DNA from: the human T2T-CHM13v2.0 reference genome, Homo sapiens
DNA length: 64,000 bases
Reading direction: 5' to 3' (one strand)
Assembly: GCF_009914755.1 (NCBI RefSeq)
Contig: NC_060937.1
Shown: positions 1-12,991 of the stretch, piece after piece
Layout of the letters: every line of letters starts with the position of its first letter
How positions within the stretch are numbered: position 1 is the stretch's first letter
Notes under the pieces: model-generated
Told to the model about the DNA's origin: nothing
Database searches by the model: none
The model's input: the letters and a program-made list of their open reading frames with translations, nothing else
Program-made: the position numbers and the translations under genes

Positions 1-2344
1 CTTTAAGCCCTGGTATGACAGTCAACATCTTTCTACTTGGATGGGTCCAAATAAGAGTTCTTAACTGCCTATGAGCTGCGTTTAAAAATGAGTCACCATC
101 CCACCTGTGGCTGGATGTTCACATATGAAAGTCAGAATCCCAGTTGTGGACTATGTCTGCATGTGTAATTCAGGACCTCAAGAGTGGGCTCTCTCCACAT
201 GTGATAGAGACCATCCTGAATATTGGTGTGGTGTGAATCTGAGAAGTATAATCTCACCAGTGTGCTGAGCCCTTTGGTGACAATTTCTCTACCATAGTTT
301 ACACAATATGCAAGACAGTGGTACTCCTCCGTGTGACGTATCACTGGGTCTTGCACACAGGTAATGTGAGTCTCCTCTCCTGCCTTGGAATGCTCACAGG
401 AGGCATTGGGACATACCACTGAACCTGATATTCAGGTTATGTGCCTGTCTTTCCTGTGCTCTGTCCATGGGCGTTTGTGACATATTTTTGGGTCCAAAAC
501 ACAGGCAACATAGCTCTCCTGTCTGGATCCTGCCTAGAGAGGGCATGGTGGCGTATCCCTGCACCAGCCACCAGATGATGTAACTCTATCTTCTGTCTAG
601 TCCCTGCTTACAGGGTGAATTTTGACTTATCGCTAGGCGCAGCATTTAGCTAATATGACTCTTCCCTTTTTTCAGGTTCTGCCCACGGGGAAGATTGTGA
701 CATATCGATGGGTAAAACACCAAAATGATTTTACTCTTTTGTCTTTGTTCTGTCCTTAGAAGGCATTGGGACATATTGCTGAACCAGCACCAAGGTAATG
801 TAAGGGTCCTACCTGAACCCTGCCCACAGGGAGCATAGTGACATATCTCTGAGCCCATGAACTATTTGATGTGGCTCTATTCTCTTACCTGGACTTTGCC
901 CATGAGAAAGACTGTGACGTATTTCTTGGTCCAGTGCTTAGGTAATGTGATTCTCCTCTCCAGCCTGAGACATGCCCACAGAAGTAAGAGTGACATCTCT
1001 GGGCCTAGCCCACAGGTGATGTGACTCTTATCCCTTCTTTCTGCCCAGGGGAGTCATTGTGATGTATATCTGAGACCATTATAAGAATGATGTGACTCTC
1101 CTGTTCTTACTGCGACCTGTCCACAGTGGGGATGATGATGTATCACTTAGGCCAGCACATATGTGGTGAGATTCTTCTCATGCCTGTGCCCTGCCCCCTG
1201 GGCTAATTGTGACATATAACTGGACCCCTCCCCTAGGTTATGCAACATATCCCTGTGGTAACACTCTTTGTACCATTTAAGGGCTTTATATAATATAAGA
1301 GAGAGTGGTATTCCTCTAAGACCCTCATACAAAGAGAAGATTTAGGACCTACTGATTTTCCAAAGCCTCACTAGGAAAAACAGCATTTCTCTTAGTGGCA
1401 GGTTTGAGGTATGAGAGTCATTATTACACCTGTGAGCTGGCCAAGATATATGTTTCAATCTCTCCTGTGGGTAGGGAGTGAGCAGGAGAGTCGCAGGGAC
1501 CAGGTAGGAGAGTCACATACCTAAGGCTGGGCCAGGGATATGTAACAATCTTTTATGAGGTCGGAGGCTAGGAAGGGAGTCCCATCACTTGTGTGCTCAC
1601 CTGGGATATGTTACAATCCCCTCCTGAAATCAGAGTACAAGCAGCAGAGTCAAATCACCTGAATATTGAGCTCAGTGATATGTCACCACACTCCCTGTGG
1701 GTAAAGCCATGGCAGGAGAGACACATCACCTGATTACTGATTACTAGGCCCAGTGATATGTCAGAATTTTTCCTGTGGGCAAGGTGCAGGCAGAAAGGAG
1801 AGTCACATCATCTGGTGATGGAGGCAGAAATATGCTACAAGGCAGAAATATGCTCTGCCTCCCTGTGGGCAGAGTTCAGGCAGGAGCCCCCAATCTCCTA
1901 GGTGTTAAGTTCAGTGATATGTTACAATGCTCCCTGTGGGCAGCACAAGTCGAGAGAATAGAGCCACATCACCTACGTTCTAGGTCCAATGATATGTCCC
2001 AATTTTATTTGTGAGCTGGGCTTAAACAGGAGAGTCTACTCACTCAGGTGCTGGACAAATGTGTATGTTTGTCACAATGACACCTGCAGGAAGTTCTAGA
2101 CATGGGATGAATCCCGCACATATTCTGGTTTTACGCATGAGAGTGAACACCTTCTGTATGTTTGATCTAAGTACACAAGTCACTATCTCAATAGTGGACT
2201 AAATTTGTGCATGGCAGCCCCATTTTCTCTTGCAGACTTTCTCCCCTAATTGAAATCACGGCTTCACAGGTGTGCCGACTCATGATATGAGAGTCATCAA
2301 CATATCTGTGACTCTCACATATGAGAGTCAGTTTTTCAACTTTT

Positions 2345-3456
2345 TTTATTGTACTTTAAGTTTTAGGGTACATGTGCATAACGTGCAGGTTTGTTACATA
2401 TGTATACATGTGCCATGTTGCTGTGCTGCTCCTATTATCTCCTCATTTACATTAGGTATATCTCCTAATGTTATCCCTTCCCCCTCCCCCATCCCACAAC
2501 AGGCCCCGGTGTGTGATGTTCTCCTTCCCGTGTCCAAGTGTTCTCATTGTTCAGTTCCCACCTAGGAGTGAGAACATGCCATGTTTGGTTTTTTGTTCTT
2601 GCGATAGTTTGCTGAGAATGATGATTTCCAGCTTCATCCATGTCCTTACAAAGGACATGAACTCATCATTTTTTATGGTTGCATAGTATTCCATGGTGTA
2701 TATGTGCCACATTTTCTTAATCCAATCTATGATTATTGGACATTTGGGTTGGTTCCAAGTCTTTGCTATTGTGAATAATGCCACAATGAACACACGTGTG
2801 CATGTGTCTTTATAGCAGCACATCATGGTACTGGTACCAAATCAGAGTACGTGGTACTGGTACCAAATGGAGCAGAACAGAGCCCTCAGAAATAGTGCCA
2901 CACATCTGCAACTATCTGATCTTTGACAAACCTGACTAAAACAAGAAATGGGGAAAGGATTCCCTATTTAATAAATGGTGCTGGGAAAACTGGCTAGCCA
3001 TATGTAGAAAGCTGAAAATGGATCCCTTCCTTACACGTTACACAAAAATTAATTCAAGATGGATTAAAGACTTAAATGTTAGACCTAAAACCATAAAAAC
3101 CCTAGAAGAAAACCTAGGCAATACCATTCAGAACATAGGCATGGGCAAGGACTTCATGTCTAAAACACCAAAAGCAATGGCGACAAAAGCCACAATTGAC
3201 AAATGGTATCTAATTAAACTAAAGAGCTTCTGCACAGAAAAAGAAACTACCATCAGAGTGAACAGGCAACCTACAGAATGGTAGAAAATTTTTTCAATCT
3301 ACTCATCTGACAAAGGGCTAATACCCAGAATCTACAAAGAACTCAAACAAGTTTATAAGAAAAAAGCAAACAAACCCATCAACAAGTGGGCGAGGATATG
3401 AACAGACAGTTCTCAAAAGAAGATATGTATACAGCCAAAAGACACATAAAAAAGGC
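2345..3456 (-). mobile_element. L1PA, 5'-truncated and 5'-inverted (twin-primed)
   Basis: L1 3'UTR/ORF2 end on minus strand 2345-~2822 joined to a plus-strand ORF2 segment ~2823-3456 ([21 protein letters not shown]). 17-bp TSD TCAGTTTTTCAACTTTT at 2328-2344 and 3457-3473. Confidence 0.95.
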
Positions 3457-6378
3457 TCAGTTTTTCAACTTTTGAAACTGCCTTTGGGTATGGGATTCAG
3501 AGCCTCAAAAGTGAACTATGATCATGTGAAAGAATGACAATCTTTAATGTTGGCTGGGTGTGCATCCCAATGTCATTATATTACTGTGTGCTGAGCCCTA
3601 TTAGGAGTTTCTGTGTTGCACCTGAGGGCTTTATATGGTATGCATGACAGTCTCAATTCTTTCAGAGATTTTCATGCTGGTATGGACCCAGGATCAAACC
3701 TGTGGCCCTAAGCCTATATATGAGTCAACATCTTTACAATTGGCGGGGTCCAGATAAGAGAATCATCACCTTTCTATGCGGTGGGTTTATAACGAAGTTC
3801 CCATTCCAACTGTGGCCAGATCTTTACATATGAGATTCGCAATTCCAACTATAAACTGCATTCATGTGTGAAATTCAGGACCCCACAAGTGGGTTCTGTT
3901 TATATGTGAGGGTGAAAATCATAATGGCCAGGAGGGTGCAGGGTGCGCATAGGAGTAACAAATTTCACCTGTGTGCTGGGCCCTGTGATAAGACTCTCTA
4001 CCACCCGAGGGCTTTCTGTAATATGTGAGAGAGTGGATGATCTTAACGAGGAGACCCAGGGATTTTTTTTTTTTCATTTCCCTAAGTGTCGGTAGGAGAA
4101 GCAGGATCTCTCCTATTGGCTGGTGTGACATATGAAAGTCATCATTGCACCTGTGTGTTGTGTTCCAAGATATAAGTCACAATTACACCTTCATATAGGA
4201 AGAGAGAAGGAGAGTAAAATCAGTTGGACGCTGGGCCAGGGATATGTCGCTTCCCTGAGAACAGGGACCAGAGAACAGAGACACATTACCTGAATGCTCA
4301 GGCATGGGTATGTAGCAATCCACTCCTTAAATTAGGAACCAGGCAGCAGAGTCACATCACCTGGGTGCTGGATCTAGCAATATGTTACAATCCTCTCTGT
4401 GGTCAGGATGCAGGTAGGAGAGTCACATCTCCTTGGTGATGAATGCAGAAAAACGTCACAAGTTTCTCTGTGCATAAGGTAGAGGAATAAGCCTTTTATC
4501 CCCTAAGTGTTGGGCCCGGGGATATGTCACAATACCCAAAATATGCAAACCCAGGCAAAAGAGAACAGTCACATCACCTTGGTGGTAGGGTCACTGATAT
4601 GTCACAATCCCCTCTTTTGGAAGGGCCCAGATAAGAGTGGAGAGTCACATAGCCTAGGCAATGAATAGAAAGGTATGTCATAATACCCCTGTTGGCAAGA
4701 CCTATGCAGAAGAGTCACATCACCTATGTGTTCAACCCAGATATATGTTACTGTACACCATGTATGCAGGGCCCAGGCAAGAGAAAAGGCCACATCACCT
4801 CGGTTCTGGGCCCAGCAATATATCACAATACCCCCTAAGAGGAGGTAACAGACAGGAGAGTCACATCACCTAGGTCTGAGGAGCAGAGCTATATGGTAAT
4901 GCCCTGTGTGTGTGCACCCCAAAATAGAGGAGAGTTACATCACCTGAAGACTGTACCCAGCTATGTCACAATGACCCCTGTGGGCAGCACCCAGGCATGA
5001 GAAGAGAGCACCATCATGTAGGTGCTGTGCCAGGCTGTATTTCACAATCTCCACTATGGATAGGTTTCAGGGAGAAGAGGACCGTCACATCATCTAGTTG
5101 ATGAGTCTGGAGATATGTCAAAATGAACCCTCTGAAGAGACCAGGATGCAGAATCACATGATCTGTGTGCTGGGTCTAGGAATAACCCATTCTCCCTTCT
5201 GTAAACATGGCCACGCAGAAGATGAGGGTCACATATTTAAGGTGATGAACGCGGAAATATTTCACAAGTCTCCCTGTAGGCAAGACCCAGACAGGAGATT
5301 CCCTTCCCTCAGTTGTTGGGACCAGAAATACATCACAATGTGGGGCTCAAGCAGAAAAACTAAAGAAACATCACCTATTTTCTGAGCTCAGAATTAGTCA
5401 CAATCTCTCCTATAGGCAAAGCCTTTGTTAAAAAAGAAGAGTTTTATCAAATAGTTGATGGGCTCAGAGATATGTCCCAATGCCATATGTTACAAATTGC
5501 TGTAGGCAGGCTTCAGGCAGGAGATGGGCCTAATAATGTGTCACAGTGCTTTCTGCTTGCAGGGCAAAGTCAACAGAGTAATGTCACCTCGAAGTTGGAC
5601 CCACCAATGTATCACAATCTCCTTCCAAACAAATCCTAAAAAACAAAAGAAGAGTAACATGAGGTAGGTGCTGGGCACAGTGATATGTCACAATCCTTTC
5701 TTTAAGCAGGGACTAGGCAGGAGAAGAAAATCACACCACATGGGTGATGGGCTCATAGATATTTCACAATGTCCCCTTAGGCAAAGCTCAGGAAGGAGAG
5801 GTAGATCATCTAGGTTTTGTATGCAACAGTATGTCACAATGGCCATTGTGGCCTGGGCACCGGCAGAAGAGTCACATAACATGGATGTGAGACCCAGCAA
5901 TACATCACAACGCCCCGGTGAGTAGCACTAATGCAAGACAGAAAACTTACATTACCTAGGTGCAAGGCCAAGTGATATGTCCCAATGTCCCCTGTGGGCA
6001 GCACCAAGGCAGGAGGTAAGAGTCACATAACCTAGGTGCTGGCTTCAGTGATATATCAGAATCCCATCTGTGAGCTGGGCACAGGAAACAGAGCTAAAAT
6101 ACTCGGGAGCTGGGCAGAGATGTATGTCACAATCCCACCTGCAGAAAGCGACAGGGATGAGATGAACAACTCCACACATGTCCGGATTCCAGGTATGAGA
6201 ATTTGCATGTTGGGCCTAAGTACACCAGTCTCAATCTCAACAGTGAACTGGATTCATAAATGTGTCTTCTCTGGCTGACCGTGTCCCCTTAGGAGAGTTA
6301 CAGTCTCACAGATGTAATGAATTTTGGTTTGAGAGTCACCCACCTACCTGTGGACAAGATCCATATATGAGAGTCAAT

Positions 6379-6423
6379 TTTCTTTTTTTTCTTTCTCTTT
6401 CTTTCTTTCTTTCTTTCTTTCCT

Positions 6424-6455
<32 letters not shown>

Positions 6456-6589
6456 TTCTTTTCTTTTCTTTCTCCCTTTCTTTTCCTTCCTTCTTTCTTT
6501 CTCTTTTTCTTTCTTTCTCTCTTTCTTTCTTTCTGTCTTTCTTTCTTTCTTTCTTTCTTCTTTGCTTTCTTTTTTTTTTTTTTCTCCCT
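6379..6589. repeat. (CTTT)n / pyrimidine microsatellite from an Alu A-tail
   Basis: ~210 bp CT-rich tract directly abutting the 3' end of a minus-strand Alu. Confidence 0.9.
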
Positions 6590-7189
6590 TGAGATGGAGT
6601 CTCACTCTATTGCCAGGCTGGAGTGCAGTGGGACGATCTCGGTTCTCTGCAACCTCTGCCTCCTGGGTTCAAGCGACTCTCCTGCCTCAGCTTCCTGAGT
6701 AGCTGGGATTGCAGGTACATGCCACCATGCCCAGCTAATTTTTGTATTTTTAGTAGAGATGGGGTTGCCAGGCACAGTGTTCCATGCCCGTAATCCCAGA
6801 ACTTTGAGAGGTCGAAGTGGGTGGATCACTTGAAGTCAGGAGTTTGACACCAGTCTAATCAATATGGTGAAACCCCGTCTCTACCAAAAATATAAAAATT
6901 AACTGGGCATGGTGACATGAGCCTGTAGTCCCAGCTACTCGGGAAGCTGAGACAAGAGAATTGTTTGAACCTGGGAGGCGGAGGTTACAGTAAGACTAGA
7001 TGGTGCCACTGCACTCCAGTCTGGGTGACAGAGCAAGATTCTGTCTCAAAATAATAATAATAAATAAATAGTAGAGAGGCGGGGTTTCACCACGTTGGCC
7101 AGGATGGTCTTGATCTCCTGACCTCGTGATCCACCCGCCTCGGCCTCCCAAAGTGCTGCGATTACAGGCCTGATCCACCGCACCCGGCC
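6590..7189 (-). mobile_element. Alu (AluSc-like), split by a nested Alu
   Basis: Right arm 6590-6766 and left arm 7069-7189 are collinear halves of one minus-strand Alu. Confidence 0.9.
6767..7068 (+). mobile_element. Alu (AluS-like) nested inside another Alu
   Basis: Full dimer with (AAT)n tail; imperfect TSD TAGTAGAGA..GGGGTT on both sides. Confidence 0.9.
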
Positions 7190-10100
7190 GGTTGTGCTCA
7201 TTTTTGAGGATAACTTTTATTGTCACCAGAGTGTGCATGAGTGTTAGAATCTCACCTGTTTGCTGGGCCCTGTTAGGACACTATGTACCTCCTATGGGCT
7301 TTGTAGAGTATGCATTAAACATAATACACTCTGAGGTCTTCATGCTGATATGAACCTATGATCATACCTGTGGCCATAAGCCCAGGTATGAGAGTCAACA
7401 TCTCTCCAGCTGGCTGGATTCAGATAAGAGGATCTTTACTTGGCTGTAAACTGGGTTCAGAAATAAGTCACTATCCCAACTGTGACTGGATGTTCACATG
7501 TGGTAGTTACAATTCCAGCTGTGGACGGCACTCAGGTATGAGATTTAGACCTCCCTAATCACCTCTGTTCCTGTGTAGGAATGAGAATTCTGATGATTGG
7601 TGGGTGTGCACACAGAGAACACAATCTCACCTGTGTTCTGGGCCCTGTGATGACACTGTACCATCTGAGTGCTTTACAGGATATGCAAGAGTGCTTATTT
7701 TCTCTGACCTTCATAGTAAGAGAAGACCCATAATTTTGCACATTTTGTAAAGCCTGGATATGAGACAAAGTATCTCTCCTATTGGTTGGTTTAAGGTATG
7801 AATGTCATCATCACACCTACATGTTAGGCCAAAATATATGTGACAATCTCACATTTGAGTAGTCAGCAAGCAGGAGGGTCTCATCACCTGGGTCATTGTC
7901 AGGGATACGTCACATTCTCCCCTGAGGACAGGGACAAGGCAAGAAAGTCACATCCCTAGGTATTCTGCCAGGGATATGTTCTTGTTCCCTCCTGAAAGCA
8001 TGACACATGCAGCAGAGTCACCTCACCTGGGTTCTGGGTCCAGCGATATGTCACAATTTTCCCTGTGAGCAAGGCACAGGCAGGAGAAACACATCACCTG
8101 TTTGCTGGGCCCAGAAATATGCTACAGTTTTTCTTGTGAGCAGGGCTCAGGCAGAAATGGGGGAATCACATTTTCTAGGTGATAAATGCAGAGCTATGTC
8201 ACAAGGTCCCCAGTAGTCAGGGCCTTGGCAGAAGATTCCTATTGTCTAGGCGATTGGCCCAGTGATACAACACAATAGCTAAATTATGCAGGGCCCAAGG
8301 CAAAGAGGAGAGTTGCATCACCTAAGTGATGAACAAAAAGATATGTCATAATACCCAGGTGGAAATGGGCCATGCAGGTAAGTCACATTACCTAGGTGTT
8401 GGACCCAGTGATATGTCACAATACACAATATATGCAGGGCCCAGCCAAGAGGGGAGAGTCAAATCACCCAGGTGCTGGGCCCGATGATACATTGTAATCT
8501 GTCTTTGGTCAGAGCCCTAGCAGTAGAAGAAACTCACATCACCTCCATGCTGAGGTCAGCCATATGTCACAATAACCCTGAGAAATGAGCCCAGGAAAAG
8601 AGTCACATCATTTAAGTGAGAGGCCCATAGATATTTCCAATTCCTCCTGTGGGTAGTCCTCAGTAAAAAGACAGTCACATTAGTTAGAGTCTGTCCCCAG
8701 CGATGTGTAAGAATCCCAGCTGTGAACAGGCACCAGACAGGACAAGAGAGTCCCATCACCTGGGTGAACAGTGCACAGATATGTCACAATGACCCCATGT
8801 AGGTAAAGTCTAGACAAGAGTTACATCACCTGGGTGTTGGACCCAGCAATATGTCACAATGGCTCATGTGGGCAAAGCACAGGACACAGTCATATAACAA
8901 AGTGCCAGGACCAGTGTTAGGTCAGGATACCCTTTATGGGCAGTGCCAAGACAGGAGATTAGAAGCATATTAATTAGATGCTGGATTCAAGGATATATCA
9001 CAATCTCATCTGTGGGCTACACCCAGGCAAAAAAGTCAAATCACTCAGGAGCTGGCTAGAGGTGTACGTCAGAATCACACCTGCAGGAAGGTCCATGGAT
9101 GAGATTAACAATCCCTCATAAGTGCCAGTTCTGGATATGAGAGTGAACGCCTCCTGTATGTTGCATCTATGTGCATAAGTCACAATCTCAATGGAGGAAT
9201 GGGTTTTTTCCATGAGAGCCTTAATCCCTTTTGAAAACGGAGTTATCTTAGTGGACTCACAGCCTCACAAGTGTTTTGGATCTTGGTCAGGGAGTCACAA
9301 ACCCACTTAAGGACAACATCCACTTATTAGAGCCAATTTTCCAACTTTTCACTGCCTCTGGGTGTGAGTTTCAGAACCTCATTTATGTTCCATGTTCGTG
9401 TGGGAGAATGACAATTTTGACAGATGGCTGGGCTCAGGCAGGAGCCTTTCATCCTGCAGGTGTTGAGACAAAGGATATGATACAACACCTAAAATATGCT
9501 GGGTGCAGGCAAAAGAGGAGACTCATATTAGCTGGTTGCTAGGTCCAGTTATATGTCACCACCTCCCTTTTTGGCAGGGCTAAGGAAAAAGAGGAGAGTC
9601 AGAGCTAAAGAAATGTCATAATGTCCCTGCGGGTAGGACCTATGCATGAGAGTTGCAACACCTAGTCATTGAACCCAGCCATATATTATAATACACAATG
9701 TATACAAGGCCCAGGCAAGAAAGGAGAGAATATCACATAGGTACTGTGTCCAGCAATATGTCACCATACCCCCCAGAGGGGAGGCTCCAGGCAACAGGAT
9801 AACATTACCTAAGTGAAGTGCCCAGAGAGATGTTTCAATGACCCTGGTGGGTAGGATTTTGAAAAAAGAGAAGTTACAGAACCTAGGGGCTAGGCCTAGC
9901 TATGTGTCACATTCATCTCCAAGACGGAGCCCAGATATGAGAGAAAAGTCACATGATGTAGGTACTGGGCAAAGTAATATGTCACAATCCTTATGTGAGC
10001 CGGCCATAGGAAGAAGTAGAGAGTCACATAGTCTAGATGATGGGCCCAGAGGCATTTGACAATGACTCCTGTAGGTAGGGACCAGGCAGAAGAATCACAT

Positions 10101-11957
10101 CACCCCTGTGCTGTTCCCAGTTATAAGTCACACTTCCTTCTGTGGGCATGCCCCAGGCAAGGAGAGGAGTCACATCATCCCGGTGCTAGACCCAGGGTTA
10201 TGTCACAATCTGTCTTATGGGCAATGCTCAGGTAAGAGAGGAGAGTTGCATCAAATAGATGATGGACCCAGAGGTATGTCACGATGCCTTCTGTGAACTC
10301 GATCCAGGCAGAAGATTCACATCATCAACTTGGTGCTAAGCCCAGCAACGTGTCACAATCCCTTCTGTGTAAAGGGACCAGGCAGGAGAAGAGAATCACA
10401 TTACCAGGCTGATGAGCACAGAGATATGTCACAATGCCCCTGTAAGGCAGGGCCCAGGCTGTTGGGTTACATAGCCTGAGTAGTGGACCCAGCAATATAA
10501 CACAGTGTCCCATATGGGCAATGCACAAGCCGGAGAGTCACATAACCTGGATGCGAGGCCAAGCTATATATAACAATGCTTCCTGAGGGCAGCGCCAAGG
10601 CAGAAGAGGAGACTCACATCTCCGGGTGCAAGGTCTAGCGATATGTCAAAATGCTCACTGTGGGCAGTGCCAAGGAAGGAGAATAGAGTTACACCCTCAA
10701 TGTGCTGGATCCAGCAATATGTTAATATCCCATCTGTGGGCTGGGTCCATGTGAGACCATCAAGTCACTCAGGTGCTAGGCACCGGCAAATTTCACCATG
10801 AAAGCTGCAGAATGGTCCAGGAATTAGATTAACAATCCCACAACTGTCTCAGTTGTAGGCATGACATTCAACACCTCCTGTATGTTGGGTCTAAGCTCAC
10901 GAATAACCCTCTCAACACCAGACTGGATTTGTGCATGAGAGTCTCAATTCCTCTGCAGACTGACCTGTGTTCCCGTGAGAGGATGACAATAGTTACTGTT
11001 GGCTGGGTGTGCATATGAGTGTCACAATCTCACCTGTGTGCTCGGCCCAGTTAGCACGCTCTGTGTACTACCCAATGGCCCTATACTCTATGCATGAGAG
11101 TCGTAATCAACTTTGACACCTTCCTAATGGTAGGGACCCATGATCGTACTTGTAGCATTAAGCCCGGTATGAGAGTCAACATCATTACAATTAACTAGGT
11201 CAGGATAGGAGAGTCCTCCCTTGCCTATGAGCTGAGTTTAGATGTGGGCCACCATTTCAACTCTGGTTGAATGTTTATATATGAACACGGGCCTAACACT
11301 GAGGTGATGTGAGTCTTTGGCCTAGACACTTCAAGCAGGAGGCAAAGTGACATATCTCTGGGTCTATCAACTATTTGATGTGACCTTCCTTTTTTACCTG
11401 AGCTTTCCCCATAAAAGAGATGTGACATATGTCTAGACAAAGCACCTGGGTGATGTGACTCTCCTTTATTGACTGAGCCCTGTGTATTTTGGGTATTCTG
11501 ACGTATCCCTGGACCTAACTTCTGGAAGATAAGAAGATCCAACATGGGCCCTGCCTAAAAAGTTTCTTGTGACAAATTTCTACATGAATCACCTTGGAGA
11601 TTTGACTCTCCTCTCTTACCCGAGTTTTGCCCATAAGAGAGATTGTTACGTACCTCTGCAGCAAGCACCTAAATGCTGTGGCTCTTCTTTCTTGCCCGGG
11701 TCATGCCCACAGATGAAAGAGTGGCTTATCGCTGTGTCCAGCACACCGGTTATGTGATTATGCTGCCTGATCTCTGCTCACAGGAGCCATTGTGACATAT
11801 CCCTGGGGCCAGAAACTATTTAACACGACTATCTTCAATGACCTTAACTTGGTGCCTGGGATAAGTTGTGACATATCTCTGGATCCAGCACCTAGGTGAT
11901 GCGACTCTCCTTTTCTGCATGGGCTATGCTTACAAGAAGGAGGCTGACTTATTGCTG

Positions 11958-12856
11958 TGTTGACAAGTGATGTGATACCTCTGTTCTTGTCTTCTTAGTT
12001 TTTAAGAATTTAAACAAGAGACACAAGGAAAAAAAGTACAGCATAATTTATTGGAAAAGAAAATACTTGAAAGTTAAGTGCAGATTACAGTACACCCTGA
12101 GAGAGATACTCCAGGGCGGGCTGCTCGTAAGAGTGAGACAGCGTGGACTGTCGCTGGAGAAACCCCCTTACGGGAGTTTTACATTATTATTAATAAGGTG
12201 GAGGGAAGAGGAGTTGCTTATAAGCATGTTCTGAGTGATATTCTGGGTGCACATACGCAGTGACTATACATGCTTGTTCATATGTTGCATGTCTCGTTAG
12301 CATCTTAGATCTCCACCCAGGAGTGTATTTCTGTTTGTTTGTTTGTTTGAGACAGAGTCTCCCCGTGTTACCCAGGCTGGAGTGCAGTGGTGTGATCTCT
12401 GCTCACTGCAACCTCCGCCTCCTGAGTTCAAGCCATGCTCATGCCTCTGCCTCCAGAGTATCTGGGATTACAGGCATGCACCACCATACCCTGCTAATTT
12501 TTGTATTTTTAGTTGAGACGAGATTTCACTATGTTGGCCAGTCTAGTCTCAAGCTTCTGGTTTGAAGTGATCCATCTTCCTCAGCCTCCCAAAGTGCTGG
12601 GAGTACAGTTATGAGCCACCTTGCCTGGCTAGGGCCTATATTTTTTGCTATTAAAATAAGCGAAAGTTAAGTTTGAGGACAGGTGAAATCAAAATGCACA
12701 TGCTTTCTAGAACAGAAAGTCCTTAATGAGGATAACTTTGCTTGAATAAGCCCAATTACAATGCGAATGCTACGGCTTATTGTGTTGGCTGTACAGTCAC
12801 CATGGTTTCTGTATCCTGAGATCATGGTCATTTTCTGTACTATCTATTCTGCCTCA
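11958..12856 (-). mobile_element. ERV1 3' LTR (LTR19-like), containing an Alu
   Basis: TG...CA termini on minus strand; polypurine tract (minus CTTAGGGGGAAAT) immediately upstream at 12857-12869; homologous to the LTR at 15291-15773. Confidence 0.8.
12328..12630 (-). mobile_element. Alu (AluS/J) inserted in the LTR
   Basis: Alu dimer with (GTTT)n tail; absent from the partner LTR. Confidence 0.9.
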
Positions 12857-12991
12857 ATTTCCCCCTAAGAGATTTTAGGGCAATAATCATATTGGAGGTT
12901 GAGGGGTTAGGCCATTATTTCTGGAGCTGTTTCCTGCTGAGCGGGTGTTACTTCTGCCTAGCCTGGGCCTTAAAGTTTCTTCCTGTGTGAT

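Larger units (their letters stand above)
1..11957. repeat. Diverged beta-satellite (BSR/Beta-like) domain with interstitial blocks
   Basis: Recurrent GATATGTCACAAT / CACATCACCTGGGTG motifs at ~68-71 bp spacing (e.g. 8778 and 8848). 8765-8835 is close to the canonical 68-bp Sau3A monomer. Monomers read reverse (GTGACATAT) at ~330-1240 and ~11290-11957 and forward at ~1440-10800. Confidence 0.9.

Noticed and set aside
6262-6702. F/S/L-rich and K/E/R-rich ORFs
   Set aside because: Translation of the (CTTT)n tract and Alu.
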